A stretch of DNA of 64,000 nucleotides from Blepharisma stoltei ATCC 30299. Lineage: Eukaryota > Protista > Ciliophora. Both the position numbers and the translations under genes were made by a program. The stretch is from positions 372,001 through 436,000 of the forward strand of contig CBFDEM010000010.1 of assembly GCA_965603825.1 (NCBI GenBank), read 5' to 3'. Under the pieces are notes generated by a model. That model saw nothing but the letters and a program-made list of their open reading frames with translations. It made no database searches and had not been told where the DNA came from. Position 1 is the stretch's first letter. Each line of letters starts with the position of its first letter. Shown piece after piece: positions 11,418 through 24,507 of this stretch.

Positions 11418-13277
11418 TTAGGAAAGAATTATATTGAATAATTGCGTTGAATCATTCTTTCTTCGTACTGCTTCAAACATGTTAGACCTTAAGCTAAACA
11501 GCTGACCCCTCAGCTCGTTTAATTCTGAGTTGTTCTTGCTTGCACTAATACTTTCTATTGCACATGCAACACTTTCAATGCACGATTTGAAACTGATCGT
11601 TAAGCTTAAGCATTCAACAATCACATTTGTTGTAGAAATGCACATTCCGATCAATTTTTGCACACTTTTCATTTTTTTAATATCATTTTCTGTTATATGT
11701 TTTCCATTCATTTTATTTCCAAGCTGCAAAATCCCAACAACTTTATCATTGTGTCCCAGCATGCACCCCATAAGGCAATTTCTTAAATTTGGGACTGAAG
11801 CGACATTATCGATTTCTGGGTTATAAAATCTGAGATTTTTTACACTATGATAGTGGCAGACATCGCCTGTTTTATAGACTTCGCCTGAAACGCCAATATT
11901 CAGAGGAAATTGGATAAATCTGTCTGAATATTTTTCATGGTCGTCGCCTGAAGAGACCATTGTGAAAAATTCGTGGGAATATTCATCTACAAAAACAATC
12001 CCAGCTCTTTCGAATTCAAAGAAGCTGGGGAGGACATTGTAGATTTTATTGGCAAGATCTTTGTAGGAGCGGTTGGTTAGGAGATTTGCTGCGATATTAG
12101 TAAGCTCAAAAACGTGCTGCTTTTGCATCAATGCCTTTTGTTTGTCTTCAAGAGAAGTGAAATAAAGTGTTAAAATGTTGCTGATTACAGATAAAGCTTT
12201 TAAATCTTGAGGAGTGAAAATTCGCATTTTTCCATTTTTTGGGAGTTTCTTTTCTGCTTTTATTATCATACCAACTTCTCCTTGAAAGAAAACAGGATAA
12301 AATCCAAAATCTCCAGAGCTAAAGCCTTTTTTCGACAATTCAGGCTTAATATCATCTGTATCAGTAATTGTCAAGTTTTTTTCATTAGGTAAATAAATTC
12401 ATTTTGAGCCCCAAAAGGACTTATAAATTGTTTGGGGAGGATGGTATTCTTCATACTTTCTTTTAAAAAAATCATCAGTTAGCAATATTGTAGCTTTTTC
12501 ACATTTAAATGTTTCTTTTATGCATGTCCCTGCAGCGCTTAAAACATGTGTGAAATTTTCTTCTTTAGAAATTTGAATAGAAAATATCGATAATGGCTCA
12601 AAGCTAGAAGGACGTATTTTCTTTAGTTCAGGTGGTTTTAGTAATAATTTATCTACAGTTGACATCATTTCAATGCGGCTTGCTAAATGCGAATCATCAC
12701 TACACATACTTTCTCCATCCATTGACGTATCCAATTTCCTTAGTGTTGAATTATTTGTACTGGGAGTTGTTTTATATTTCTTCAACAATGCTCTCATATA
12801 CTTCTTATCTTTTTTCAAAAATTCAGCCTCAAACCTCAGCTTAGCTATTTCCTGTTTATATTTCTCAATTTCTTCCTCCTTCATCTTCAATTGTTTTTGG
12901 AGATCATCTACAAGAATATCATGATAAACCCCTTGTATTTCTCCAGTATTTATTTTTTCTTCAATTAAATTTCGGTTAACCTCTTTCATACTGTCAAGCT
13001 CTTCGTTCAAAAAGGCGTTTTCAGCAGTCAGCTTGTTTATAATTTCTTGATCTTCTTTTCTATGCTTATTTATAGATTCTCTTGAAGGAAAAGATGTATC
13101 AATTGAACGGGTTCGCCTTTCTTTTCTGTCAGCGATCTTAACAGAATTAGGATTGAATGAATATGATGATGCCTTTATGGCCTCATAAAAAGGAATATTG
13201 GGGGTTCTGTTTGCCTGGCGGGATTTTGCTCGGTTTTCGCTTTCCTTTATTAATTTTTTGTAATCTATTGTAAACAT
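11418..13277 (-). CDS. Coiled-coil plus GAF-domain protein (no catalytic domain seen)
   Basis: Two ORFs joined by TGA=Trp at 12399-12401; GAF motifs IGVSGEVYKTG, FYNPEID and VVGILQLGNK. Confidence 0.8.
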
Positions 13278-13290
13278 TTTATATTTGAAA

Positions 13291-14223
13291 ATGTGTGGAA
13301 GAGTAATTTCACGTGTCGATATACCTGGATTAAGAGCAATGACAAGGGCAAGAGGGTCAAGAAGATCAGGACAGCTGAGAAGAGGCTATAATATAGGCCC
13401 TGCATCTCATCAAGCAGCAATTGTCCATGCATCTCGAACTTCAGTTGAAGAAGAAACAAAGCCAGAAGAGTGCATGGAAATCGACCAAAACAGAGTTTTA
13501 TCAGTCATGAAATGGGGCATGAACAATTTCCGAGAAAAAAATCCTGAAAAGCCAATGGTGATTAATATCAGAATTGAATCGATGGACTACAAGTTCAAGC
13601 CTTTTCACAATAACAGATGTGTTATTCTAGCTGAAGGGTACTATGAATGGAAAGAAACACATCCTTATTTGGTCAAACCTAAAAATTCTGATCTTTTCTA
13701 TTTCGCTGGGCTATATAGGGATATTGATGAAAATGAGCAGGAATATGGGATAATTACGGTCCCTCCAAAGGAGAGTATGTTTTGGTTGCATGATAGGTCT
13801 CCAGCGATGATAAGAGAAGAAAATATTGATAGGTGGATAGATCCTCAGGTGTCTTATGAAGAAGCAAGTGCATTGATTGAGTGCAGAGAAGCTGAAGAGC
13901 TAGAGTATTATGAAGTGCCGAGTCTTGTAAATCAGATGAAAAATGACAATAAGGAATGCTGCATGAGAGTTGAAGAGTATCAAGCTTTATTGAAAACAAA
14001 AGGGATTCATAGGTTTTTTAAACCTGTGGAAAAAAGGAAAGCTGAAGAGGAGGAAAGCTTGCCTGCTAAAAAAATTATTGTGGCACCAGTTGGGAATGCA
14101 TCTGATAATAAGGTTTCTATAGGAATAAGTTTGGAAAAACCTGAAATTCAATATGATCCAGACAATAAACCTAAAATTACTGCAAATGTATCAAGTTCGA
14201 GCACAAAAAAGGAAATATGTTAG
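13291..14223 (+). CDS. HMCES: SRAP-domain abasic-site protein (HMCES/YedK family)
   Basis: True start is MCGR at 13291 (catalytic Cys2); RCVILAEGYYEW, FAGLY and HDRSP motifs. Confidence 0.9.
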   Translation: MCGRVISRVDIPGLRAMTRARGSRRSGQLRRGYNIGPASHQAAIVHASRTSVEEETKPEECMEIDQNRVLSVMKWGMNNFREKNPEKPMVINIRIESMDYKFKPFHNNRCVILAEGYYEWKETHPYLVKPKNSDLFYFAGLYRDIDENEQEYGIITVPPKESMFWLHDRSPAMIREENIDRWIDPQVSYEEASALIECREAEELEYYEVPSLVNQMKNDNKECCMRVEEYQALLKTKGIHRFFKPVEKRKAEEEESLPAKKIIVAPVGNASDNKVSIGISLEKPEIQYDPDNKPKITANVSSSSTKKEIC

Positions 14224-14381
14224 ACTAATGCTTTATGCAATTATTTAATTTTTTTGCTTAATATTAACTACAAAGGTAAAAAGCAGCATTTATTGATTAT
14301 CCGATCAATTTATTCAATATTCAGCATAAAGCTATATTATAGTTTAAAACACAGTAAGTTTAACTGAAACCATAATTAAAG

Positions 14382-14891
14382 TTAAGCCTTTGTTCTCTTT
14401 TGTCTACGAGCTTCCTGTTGCTCTTTCAAATTCTTTTCTCTTATGGCATTAGCTTTAGCTTTGAAGATGGAATCCATAAGAACTCTCTTGTTCTTGTACA
14501 TGTTTCCTTTAGCTCCAACATAGAAGTCGTGGTATAAAGTCTTATCAATCTTTGTGCTGGCTCTGTATTTCCTCAAAAGTCTTCTTAAAACTCTTTGTCT
14601 CCTCATCCACATGATCTTTTCTGGCATTCTGGCCTCTGCGGTACCTTTTCTTTTACCAAGACCGGTATGTCTGCCCTTTTTAACACTTTCTTTAAAGAGA
14701 TTAGCCCTGACTCGTGAGTGAATTGCTTGAGGAGTCTTTACGATGAAGCCATCCTTTACGAGTTTGCGAATGTTTTGTCTAGAGTTGGCTAAGGAAATTT
14801 CTTGAATTTCGTTTGGATCCATCCATACACGTCTTTTTCCACATTTGAGAACACTTGCTGCAAGACGCTTTTGGAGCCTGAGAGTGACCAT
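14382..14891 (-). CDS. RPL19: 60S ribosomal protein eL19
   Basis: [25 protein letters not shown] and [12 protein letters not shown]. Confidence 0.98.
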   Translation of the reverse strand: MVTLRLQKRLAASVLKCGKRRVWMDPNEIQEISLANSRQNIRKLVKDGFIVKTPQAIHSRVRANLFKESVKKGRHTGLGKRKGTAEARMPEKIMWMRRQRVLRRLLRKYRASTKIDKTLYHDFYVGAKGNMYKNKRVLMDSIFKAKANAIREKNLKEQQEARRQKRTKA

Positions 14892-15102
14892 ATTTTATGG
14901 AGATTAAGGAAGAATTATTTGTTTCGCTTTTATGACTTATACGAGGTTAAAATTACTCAACCAATATAGATAAATAAATTATTAATTCCTTGAATTAATA
15001 TTTATAAAAGTCAATTATGTTTTCAGTAATTATTTACTAAAAAGAAATGCAAAACCATTATTTTTAGCATCTAAATTATTGAAGCCCAGCTTAAAAATTA
15101 GG

Positions 15103-16656
15103 TTATTCTTCCATTGAATTTTCATCTGCTTGCTCTTCTTCATTATTTAGAATATCCTTCTCCATAAACTTTTGTGCGCGTTTTGAGTTCTCCTGCTCAT
15201 TTTTCTTATCATAAATATTTACCCTTGGTGGAGTCTCAAATCCAAAAGACAGCGCAATTTTAGCTAAATCCAAAGAGTCAAAATTAAATACTTCCTGCAA
15301 ATGGTTAGAATGGTATGCCAAAACATAATCTCTATGAGCCTCTCTTGCAAATCTATGTAAATCATAGTTTTTCCCTATAACCCTTTGAGTTTCAGCTTGA
15401 ATATTTGTGAGTTTATTTTGTGTGTATTGAAACTCAAAGTTATTTTTTAAAAATCTGGTAAACCCATTTTCATGTGGCTGAAGGAAAATTAACCCTTTAC
15501 CTTCTTTATTAGCCCTTACTGCATTCTCGATTTTAATAGCATAATCTTCAGCAGAATTTGGCTGTTCGTATTGTATAATCCAGTCACAATCTGGGATTTG
15601 TAGCCCTTTAAACAATACATCAGTAGATAAAAGTGTGCCTAATTCAGCGTCACAGAATAATTTATAAATTTCTTCTCTATCCTGAAGCTTTTGTTTGCCA
15701 TACAAGCTGTTTACTGAAAGCCCAAAGTGAGAAAATAAATCATTATGGAATTTTACTGAATTTGATGAATTGAAAAAAACAAGAATTTTTTTATCTTGGT
15801 GCTTTCTGAGGAAAGAATATAATAAGTTTAGACGTTGATCTGGCTTCACTATAACGTAGCCTTGGATAGCCTGTCCACTTTGTTCGGTATCTGGTGAGTT
15901 TTCAAAGCCAATTTCTATTTGGTTATTTAAATTCAATATTGAATTTTGAGGATTGAGTCTGGTATCTGAAAAAACAATTTTTTGTGTGGATTTTGGGAGA
16001 AACTTTTCTATTTGAGAAATGGAATCTGCAAGGCCGCTAGAGAGGAAAGCATTTGCATCATCTATAATGATAGCCTTTAGCTCTTGATAATTAAAATCAG
16101 ATGTATTTGATAGATGGTATAATAATCTTTGAGGAGTCGCTATTAAGAGATTTATGCTTTTTTCTAATTTTTTGGATTCTCCTTTGGTATTAGTCCCTTC
16201 AGCAATTACTCCACGTGAATAGTTTGTTGAGTCCAAAATTTCATTTGCTGTTTCCCCATACTGTATCGCTGATTCTCTGTTATTGGTAAGAATTATGATG
16301 GAAGTCCCATTGGTGCTTCCAGATTTATCAAGCAAAATTGTGCCCAGCTCAACAATAAACGTGGAAAGGTTTGGCTCATTTTTAAAGCCAGCCATAATAT
16401 CAAGAGACTTTATGGCAGAACTTATCAATTGTGCTTTCTTTTCTGACAAATCATTGGAACTTAATTGGATTATGCGCTCTTTAATGAAGTCATTGATAGG
16501 AACATCATTTATGGTTTTAATCTCTTTATTTTGCTTTGAGCTCCTAGTTTTTTGCTTTTGTGATTTCTTTTTATCAGTAGCTTTGGCTGCTTTTTTGTGT
16601 TTGGTCTCATCTTTCTGGCTTTTGGCCTTCTTAGAAGATAATTTATTGGAAACCAT
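15103..16656 (-). CDS. Has1/DDX18-like DEAD-box family protein with degenerate ATPase motifs
   Basis: INLLIATPQRLLYHL, QGYVIV, KKILVFFNS and the C-terminal FDSLDLAKIALSFGFETPPRV; motifs I, II, III and VI altered. Confidence 0.85.
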   Translation of the reverse strand: MVSNKLSSKKAKSQKDETKHKKAAKATDKKKSQKQKTRSSKQNKEIKTINDVPINDFIKERIIQLSSNDLSEKKAQLISSAIKSLDIMAGFKNEPNLSTFIVELGTILLDKSGSTNGTSIIILTNNRESAIQYGETANEILDSTNYSRGVIAEGTNTKGESKKLEKSINLLIATPQRLLYHLSNTSDFNYQELKAIIIDDANAFLSSGLADSISQIEKFLPKSTQKIVFSDTRLNPQNSILNLNNQIEIGFENSPDTEQSGQAIQGYVIVKPDQRLNLLYSFLRKHQDKKILVFFNSSNSVKFHNDLFSHFGLSVNSLYGKQKLQDREEIYKLFCDAELGTLLSTDVLFKGLQIPDCDWIIQYEQPNSAEDYAIKIENAVRANKEGKGLIFLQPHENGFTRFLKNNFEFQYTQNKLTNIQAETQRVIGKNYDLHRFAREAHRDYVLAYHSNHLQEVFNFDSLDLAKIALSFGFETPPRVNIYDKKNEQENSKRAQKFMEKDILNNEEEQADENSMEE

Positions 16657-16677
16657 ATTTATAGTCTTAATCGACGC

Positions 16678-17511
16678 TTATTTCTTAGTCTTATTTGTAA
16701 TTAGCGAATGCAAAGAAAGCACAGTTCTAGTAATCGATGCTAAATAGAGAGATAAATAGCTGTTGTTTTCGTCAACTGCAAATGCTTGATTCAATACATT
16801 TGTATTTGGTAGTAGGTTCAATACTTCTTGAAGTTTGTGGAAAATTTCATTATTTGCTTTTCTCCCATTAAGAACTTCTTGTAGGTAATCCTGAATTTCT
16901 GTAAGTCTGCTAAGCATTGCTTTGAGGGCAGCTATTTTATGTTGAGTTTCCGTTGCTAAGCTTGTAGCAGCTACATCTCTAACATCTCTCAATAAATGCT
17001 CAACTCCTACATCCTCTGCTTCTGAAGCTCCAAGCAAAGTTGGGACATGGACAAAATTTTTCACGATATTTCCATCTTCATTGACTTCTTCTTTCGAATA
17101 GTAAGCCTGAGCAGGAAGTTCCAAAGTTTCTGCCGCTTTCACATCTATAACAACTAGCATAGGATTCGGTACATACTGCTTAAAGCTTTCATTAATTTGG
17201 ACATCAGGTGCTTTTACTCCAGGCCCAGTGCTATACCATCCTACGATTTTTTCTTTTGCATTGATTCTCTTATACATGCCAAACATCTCTTCTAAGTAAT
17301 TATGATCCAAAAACCATACTTTGGGGTCCTGAGAATCTTCTTCGAATGGGACTGCAAAAGAGTTCGAGACATCAAGGCGGCCTTTCCACACTTCACCTAA
17401 TAATACCCCAGCAACTCTTTTATTGCTCATTTCTTTGGCGACTCTGTTGAAATGGTCAACTACGCTTAAAAGAACCAAAGGATGTACGACGACCTCTTCT
17501 ATTTTTTGCAT
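16678..17511 (-). CDS. RPN8: 26S proteasome lid subunit Rpn8/PSMD7
   Basis: VVVHPLVLLSVVDH, NSFAVPFEED, WFLDHNY and GVEHLLRD. Confidence 0.96.
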   Translation of the reverse strand: MQKIEEVVVHPLVLLSVVDHFNRVAKEMSNKRVAGVLLGEVWKGRLDVSNSFAVPFEEDSQDPKVWFLDHNYLEEMFGMYKRINAKEKIVGWYSTGPGVKAPDVQINESFKQYVPNPMLVVIDVKAAETLELPAQAYYSKEEVNEDGNIVKNFVHVPTLLGASEAEDVGVEHLLRDVRDVAATSLATETQHKIAALKAMLSRLTEIQDYLQEVLNGRKANNEIFHKLQEVLNLLPNTNVLNQAFAVDENNSYLSLYLASITRTVLSLHSLITNKTKK

Positions 17512-17548
17512 TTTATTAAACAGAAAAGTTTATGTATAAAATTGTGAA

Positions 17549-19612
17549 TTATTTCTTTTTAGGTTTTACTCGATTTTTATGGGCTTCAATTTTCCAGGCT
17601 CGGAATAAAATCCCAAGCACAAGGGACTTAGAAAACATATTATTCCTGGATGAAAAAAGATAGTTTTGGTATTTCCCAATTGTTGACTGGGAAATCTTAG
17701 AAGGAGATTTGATGGACTCTGCTTTTTGATGCTGGGTTTTGAATTTATCAAAGACTTCTTTTATTTGGAAAATTGATGGCTGAGAAATAGATATTTCAGT
17801 CGACATAGGCACCGATTCTGCAGGACTTGCAGCTGGCTTTTTGACAACTCTTCTGATTTTTGCTTTTTGGATAGGAATTATATCAGCTGACAATTGAGGA
17901 GAAGATTTTATGATTTCAATTGAAGATTTTGCTACCTCTGTGCCTACCTCTATTTGAGTTTCAGTCTCAGGCTGCTTAAGTGTTTCGCTTTGAATATTTA
18001 TTTCTGGTACCACTTCTTCAGGCGTAATTATTATTTCTTTTTTATCTTTAAGCTCTTCAGCTACTTCTTTATTTTCTATTTTCAATTCTCCATTCTTTTC
18101 AGGCTCCTTTGGAAGTGATCTTCTCTGATTATCTCCATTTAAATCTTTTTTAATTTCTTCTCTCACAACTACTTTAATCTCCTTTTTGCCTTCATCTTTT
18201 TGAGCTGGCTTAGTTTCTTTATTTTGAACGGCTTTTACCTCTTTTTTAATTTCTTCTTTGGTAAGTGGCTTAACTTCTCTTCTTTGTGGCAACTTGCTAT
18301 CTTTGCTAGGAATCCTAGATTCTTTTTTAATCTCTTCTTTGATAGTTATCTTAATTTCATTAGGTTCTTTGCTTTCTTCTTTGGTAGACATTAACGTTTC
18401 TTTTGTTTCTTCTTTTGGGCGAGGATTGCTCTCATTTGATTCTTTTTTTTCTTCTTTGGTCTCATCAATAAGGATAATTTTTTCTATTTTTGGCTCTATG
18501 GTGTCTGGCTTGGTTTCATCTTTTGGGTCAGAATCAGTGATTTTAAATGGGTTGAAGTTACCATTTATGGTTTCCACGTTGCTTGGAGTTTCTGCTTTTA
18601 TGATATCTACATCTTTTAATATGGCATCAAGATCATCAATTGTTGAGCACTTGCCATCAGTCAAACATATTGTGATTGATCGTTTTTCTTTTCTAGTTTT
18701 TTGCCTGCTTTCTGAATCTTCACTGTCTTTACTGTCTTTATTTTTCCTGCTGCTTAAGTCTTTTAAGCTTACAACTACGTTTAAAACTTCATTCTCTACT
18801 TGTCTTTCTGTTTCCAAAAATTCAGATAATTCAACTTTTTCATTCAAGATTCTGTTACTCATATCATCAATTTTATAGGTTGACGGAGATTTATTTGTAG
18901 GAATAGGCATCGTGCTGGACAATGATAAGCTTACTTTAGGTTTTTTCCTTCCTATTTTAGGAATTTTTCCTTTAACTTGATCCTTTTTATGATCTCTAAG
19001 AGTAGGATTTGTGCTTGACATTCTAGGCCTTAGCATAGGAATTGGCGAAATTTCTCTTTGTTTCGGAGATGTACTAGTATGTCTATCATAATCATCTTTC
19101 ATTTTCAGAGTTTCCAATGCTTCTTTTATATTTAGATCGAGATCCAAACCGCTATCACCTTCAGTATCCTGCCTCGAGCTAATTAACGATCCGCTGCTGA
19201 GTTTTGACGTGCTTGCTCTTGGAGTATGTGTTTGGTCTGTCGAAATTATATTTAAGTTATATACAGATTTGCAAGGATAAGATATATGAATAAAAAATTT
19301 TCTGATTCTTTCTCTCATTGGGTTTACATCTTCAAAATGAGTCGATGCCACTTTAGTAAAAATCTCTTCAAATTGGTTTATATTTAATGTAGCCTTAGAT
19401 AGCGAAGTGGTTCCTGCTGTTTTCGTAACTAGTGTCCTAAGTTCTGATTGGGATATTAAATCCTAATTAGAAAATACTGGAAATATTCTGAGATTTTTGC
19501 AGAGTTTTTGGAACTCCGAAAGCGAAACTTTACCGTCTGAGGACTTGTGCTTGTTGAAGAGTGATTTTATTTTGGGTTTATTGTGCTCAAATAGGATGTA
19601 GTCAGAGTTCAT
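17549..19612 (-). CDS. Hypothetical protein with N-terminal EF-hand-like region and K/E-rich low-complexity body; 1 intron
   Basis: Extends to ATG 19612 via intron 19463-19477; LFNKHKSSDGKVSLSEFQKLC...IFP/DLIS. Confidence 0.72.
19463..19477 (-). other. 15-nt intron GTATTTTCTAATTAG
   Basis: GT..AG, A10, removes an in-frame TAG. Confidence 0.85.
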
Positions 19613-19899
19613 TTATATTAAAATTAGACAAGGCAGATTTTTTAAAATTTAATAATTTAGAGGTGGAAAAAGAAAGGGAAAATCATAGGTCAGAAGTTAC
19701 CTATAAAGAAATAAATTTATTTAAACTAAAAATAGTAAAATTCTTATTTTATTGTTAAATGTTAATATAATATATATTTAGATTGCCTAGGCTATATCAG
19801 CAAATTATAAAGTAATTTGATATGCCTAAAACTTATCTATCAAATCCTCAATAAAATAATTGTTATCAAAAATTAAACAAGAAAACAGGAAATTTCATT

Positions 19900-21336
19900 A
19901 TGTTGAACTATAAGCTTAAAACCTCTTTAAACTCAGACGACAGATCAAGAGATCCATACACAACCCCCAGAAATTTGTCAGCCCCTAAGCTAAAAGAGTG
20001 ATCCTCTCAATCTGATGCCAAACGTAAAAAATCTGAACGAAAAAAAACTCCCAAGCACTCACCTCTGAATTTTACCTGCAAAGAAATAAGTCTATCTCCC
20101 AAAGGCAGAGAGCATGAGCTTTTTATTGTCGACTCTATCCCTTTTCCTAAAAAGCAATTTGAAAAAGCATCATATAAAACTGAAAGAAGGTACGCAGACA
20201 ACACAGATAGGGCTTATTGGAGTAGTGAAAGCAGTGACGTTGAAGGGAAAGACAAAGAAATTGGAAAGCTGCATTATGAAACTATTATTAAAAAGCTTAC
20301 TGAAGAGCTAAACGAAACAAGAAATCAACTGAAAATAGAAAGGGACACGATCCAACGTATTGAGAGAAACCGAATTCGTGATTTAAAAACAAAGCAGAAG
20401 TTAGAAAGCGAATTAGAAGAACTAGAGAAAATATTCATTGAGGAAAGAAAACAGCTGAAACCTAAAGGAAATGAAGAAGAATTTATGCAGATTAAGAAAG
20501 AAAACGATATGATGAAAAAAGAAATTGAAAATTTGAAGAACCAAAATAGCCAATATATAGAAATGCTTAAGCAGAGAGATGAATATATAAAAGAAATAGA
20601 AAAAAAACTGGATAGCGGTAATGAGCATAGTGAGCTTAAAATGCAATTAGGAGAACTTGAGAAAAGTTTTGCGAATTTAACTCTTTTAAGCGATTTATAT
20701 GGAGGAAAGCTGGCAGAAAATGAAAAAACCATACAAAATTTACGGACTCTTCTGGCTGAAAAAGACCAAACAATTAAATTCCTAGAAGAAAATGTTTCGC
20801 TAAATGGATTTAAAGTAGAAATTGATGAAAGAAATAGTATGTATACAAGCCTGGAAAAGGATTTAATAGCTCGCGTCAGAGAATATAAAGACAAAACTTT
20901 AAATGTGCTGAACTCTGGTGAAAAAGCAAAAAAGAGAGCTGAAAACCAATCTCCAGATTTCGAGCAAAGTATCGATAGCATTAAAAATGATGGGAAAATA
21001 TGCTCACAATCAAATCTTTCAAAATCAACAAGTGATCTTATTGATTTTATTGACCCACTATTATCTCCTATACAGTCAGTATCCCCAATACGAGCAGAAA
21101 GAGTATCAGATGTGCACCTGCCAAAGCTTCAGCTCAATACACTCAATGGCCAAGATCCTTATACTCCTCCAACATTCAGAAATCCTGAAGCCAATAATTC
21201 TTTGCAAGCATCCCTTGAAAATTCATTTTCTGATATTAAAAAGCGATTAAGCTACCTCCAAGCAAATACAGCTTATTTAGATCATAGGATGGATATTTTT
21301 GAACAAAAAGTAAAAGCTAATAGTGACATTATTTAA
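19900..21336 (+). CDS. Hypothetical coiled-coil protein
   Basis: ATG 19900 is in frame with ORF 20485..21336 through one TGA=Trp. Confidence 0.7.
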
Positions 21337-21350
21337 ACTCTTTTTAATAA

Positions 21351-24300
21351 ATGGAAGAAATAACAGTAGCATTAGGCTCTACTCAAAATGAATTAAAAGA
21401 AATGTGCTCTACCCTTGCATTTCTTGGGAAAACTGTCCCACAGGACTATTTTCCAGAGTCTTTGCATGAAATTAGAAATCAATTAGAAGATATGAGAAGG
21501 GCAATGTCTAATCCCAGACCTCAGCTGGAAGTTTCTTTTCCTGTAATCCCTCATTTTAAACAGAATTACACATCTTATATTAGAAAAAGAGCAAGTCATC
21601 ATTTGTCTCTTGGACAACCCAGTTTAATAAGAAATGAAGAAAGCCCATCTGTGCTAAAAACAGTCAGAGAAAGGCTAAATTTAAGTAGCCAACAAATTAA
21701 TACAGAAAGAAGCATCGGTAAAGCTACATATGCTAAACCAAAATTTGTGAGGCTAGCAAAAGCAAAGGTGGTTCCTAAAGAACAAAGAATAGACCCCGTT
21801 AACTTTCCTCCTGAAGTGAATGCAGAAGATGTAGATAATGGAGTCATTTCTTTAGTAAATAAAGGACTAGTTTCAAAGAAAACTGACTTAATGCCTTTTT
21901 TAACAGGAAAACTGCCACCTATTCAGCTAAAGGCAGCAAAAATAAATGATGGAAGCTATTCAGCAAAAATACCAAAAAGTCCTCGTAGGAGCTGCAAGCC
22001 AATTTGGGATAAAAAAGACTCATCTTTTGCTTCAAGCGGCCATGGCGAAACCCCTATACAAGTAGGGATTGCTTCACCTGTAGATTTTGTTTCAGAAATC
22101 ATTCATCCAATCATTCGAGCTCCAATCGAAAAAATTTATTTTGAGATAAAAAGAGGAAAGCTAAAAGAAAACCGGCATTTGAATAAATTCAAAGAAAAAC
22201 ATCACACAAAATGAACGAGGATAAGGGTTGTTTTACAAGAAGCTATAAAACATTGCAAAAAAAATAAAATTTTTAAAATGATTATCGACGCAGAAAAGCT
22301 GCTAGAAGAGATAACAGACGAAGTAAGGTCAACTGGGATTAGCGACATTTATAAGTGCATTGTCAATATGAGTGAAATTAAAAATAGGCCAAAGTTTCTT
22401 CAATACCAAGGCAATCTTGGTAGAAACCTTGCTGCTGTAAAAATTCAGGCTGCTTGAAGAGGATATAAAGGTGCTCAGCAGTATCGTCATTTAAAAGCTT
22501 TAAATGTATACACTGAATGCATTCAATTATACTTCCATTTATATCTTAAAAAGATGGAAACTAAAAGGATAATTCAAGAAAAAAGAAAAGACAGGTTTAA
22601 CAACTTTAGGGAAAGGCAGCAAATATTCCAAGAGAGTTATGATGAAATTATTTCGCAGCCTCATATTGAGATTCATATTGGGTCTATCCAGCCTGATGCT
22701 TCGATCCCTTTCTTTTATTCTAAACAGAACTCCCAGATAATGAGGGTGTGCTCTATTCAAGATCCCCTGGTTTCAGTCATTTATATTTCGCCAGTTCCTC
22801 TGGACAATGAATTAATGGAATATTACTATTCATTACTTGAGTTGTCTCATATAAAAAATGCAAGATCCCGAGTAACATTTATTACTCCGAATCATGGGAT
22901 TAGCTTGTCTAATCAATTTTCCACATCAAAACTTTTATTTTTAGCCACTAAAACTATAAATAAAATCAAGGAAATGATCAAAGGCAAGCCAGCATTTTTA
23001 GTCCCTGGAGAAATCTCAGAGGATGACATTTGAATTTCCGATTTACTAGGCGTACCAATGCTTTCTAGTGAACCTGATTTAATCAGAAAATTTTCTGGTA
23101 AATATGAGTCAAAAAAAGTGTTTGAAATGGCAGGAATTCCTACACCTATAGGTATAAGCCAAATTTCCTCAATTGATATGTTTTATTCAGAGCTGACAAA
23201 ATTAATTTTTGAAAATATTTTGGTGGACTCATGAGTATTTAAAATTAACAATGAAAGGAGAGGAAGGGGGATCGCTTATATTGACGTGACTAAAATAAAA
23301 ACTGTAATGAAATTAAGAAAGCAATATGATGATCTGAATGAAAAAAATTATGACGATTTAAGCTTTGACGTCAAAAAAATCGTCCCAACGCTTACAAAAT
23401 TTGCGGTGCCAAGCATGTGGGTAGATTTTGATGCATATCTTGCAGCATTTTGCCATAGTAAAGGGACAATACAAGTAACTCCTAATACAAAGAGCCATAA
23501 TATAACATCTCCTTCTGTATCAATTCTTATACAGCCTGACTCAACGCTTCGTTTTCTATGTGCTGTAGACCGCTTCCAATCCCATGACTACCTAAACGCA
23601 GGGGTGTTTTCCCCTCAAAATTCTATACCTCAATCAGAGCTCCTTGAAATTTGTAAAAGAATCGGAAATGTTTTATATGAGCAAGGCATATGAGGCTATG
23701 TTTCAATAGAGCTTGTTGCTTTTCCTGATCCTTACAATGATGGTGGAATGCCTCTTTACTGAGGAATAGACTTATATTTTGGCCATAATATCATTTCTGC
23801 TAGCTATCTGATGTTCACAACTCTAGTTGGAGGCGCCAATGATATTGTTACAGGCAAATATTTCATTAAATTTGAAGAGCATGAAGACGAAATGTCACTG
23901 GTTGAAGACCGATTTGGGGACGACTTCACAAATTTGCTTACCACAAATAACCCAACTAAAACAATATTTGAGAATCGAGGAATTACTGATATGGACAATG
24001 AATGCATTGATAGGCCAGATTATGAGGATTTTAATATGTTTGACGAAAGGCATTTTGCGTTTTGTTGGCATGCAGAGCATCCAGAAATAAAAGATTTAAG
24101 CTTAGTAGCACTTTTTCATATGTGCAGGCTGGAATCAGTGACATATTCTTTGGAGCATTCCAAAGGGTCAGTTTTTTGTGCATATGATACATTAAAGAAT
24201 CAGCATATAGGAATCATGTCAATTTGCAGCAATAGAAAAGAAGCAATTAGGCTGCTAACTGAAGCGTTTACCTTTATGTTGCAGCAGGCAGGCCCTCCAC

Positions 24301-24443
24301 CTCAGCCTATTCTTGCTTATAAAGAAGCTCCAAAAGAAGAGATAAATCTTAACGAGATTATTACAAAAATAAAAGCAACACACAAGACTATGGAGAAAAC
24401 AGGGAAAAGTGGCAAAAAGAACTATTTAATAGAGCTGATATAG
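21351..24443 (+). CDS. IQ-motif protein, IQCH-like (~1030 aa)
   Basis: Four same-frame ORFs joined by TGA=Trp. IQ motif AAVKIQAAW(TGA)RGY; QNSQIMRVCSIQDPLVSVIYISP resembles IQCH. Confidence 0.82.
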
Positions 24444-24507
24444 TAAAAATGTATTAATTATATATTATTAATTATAGAATCCCTATAGGATACTGATCTG
24501 AATAAAT

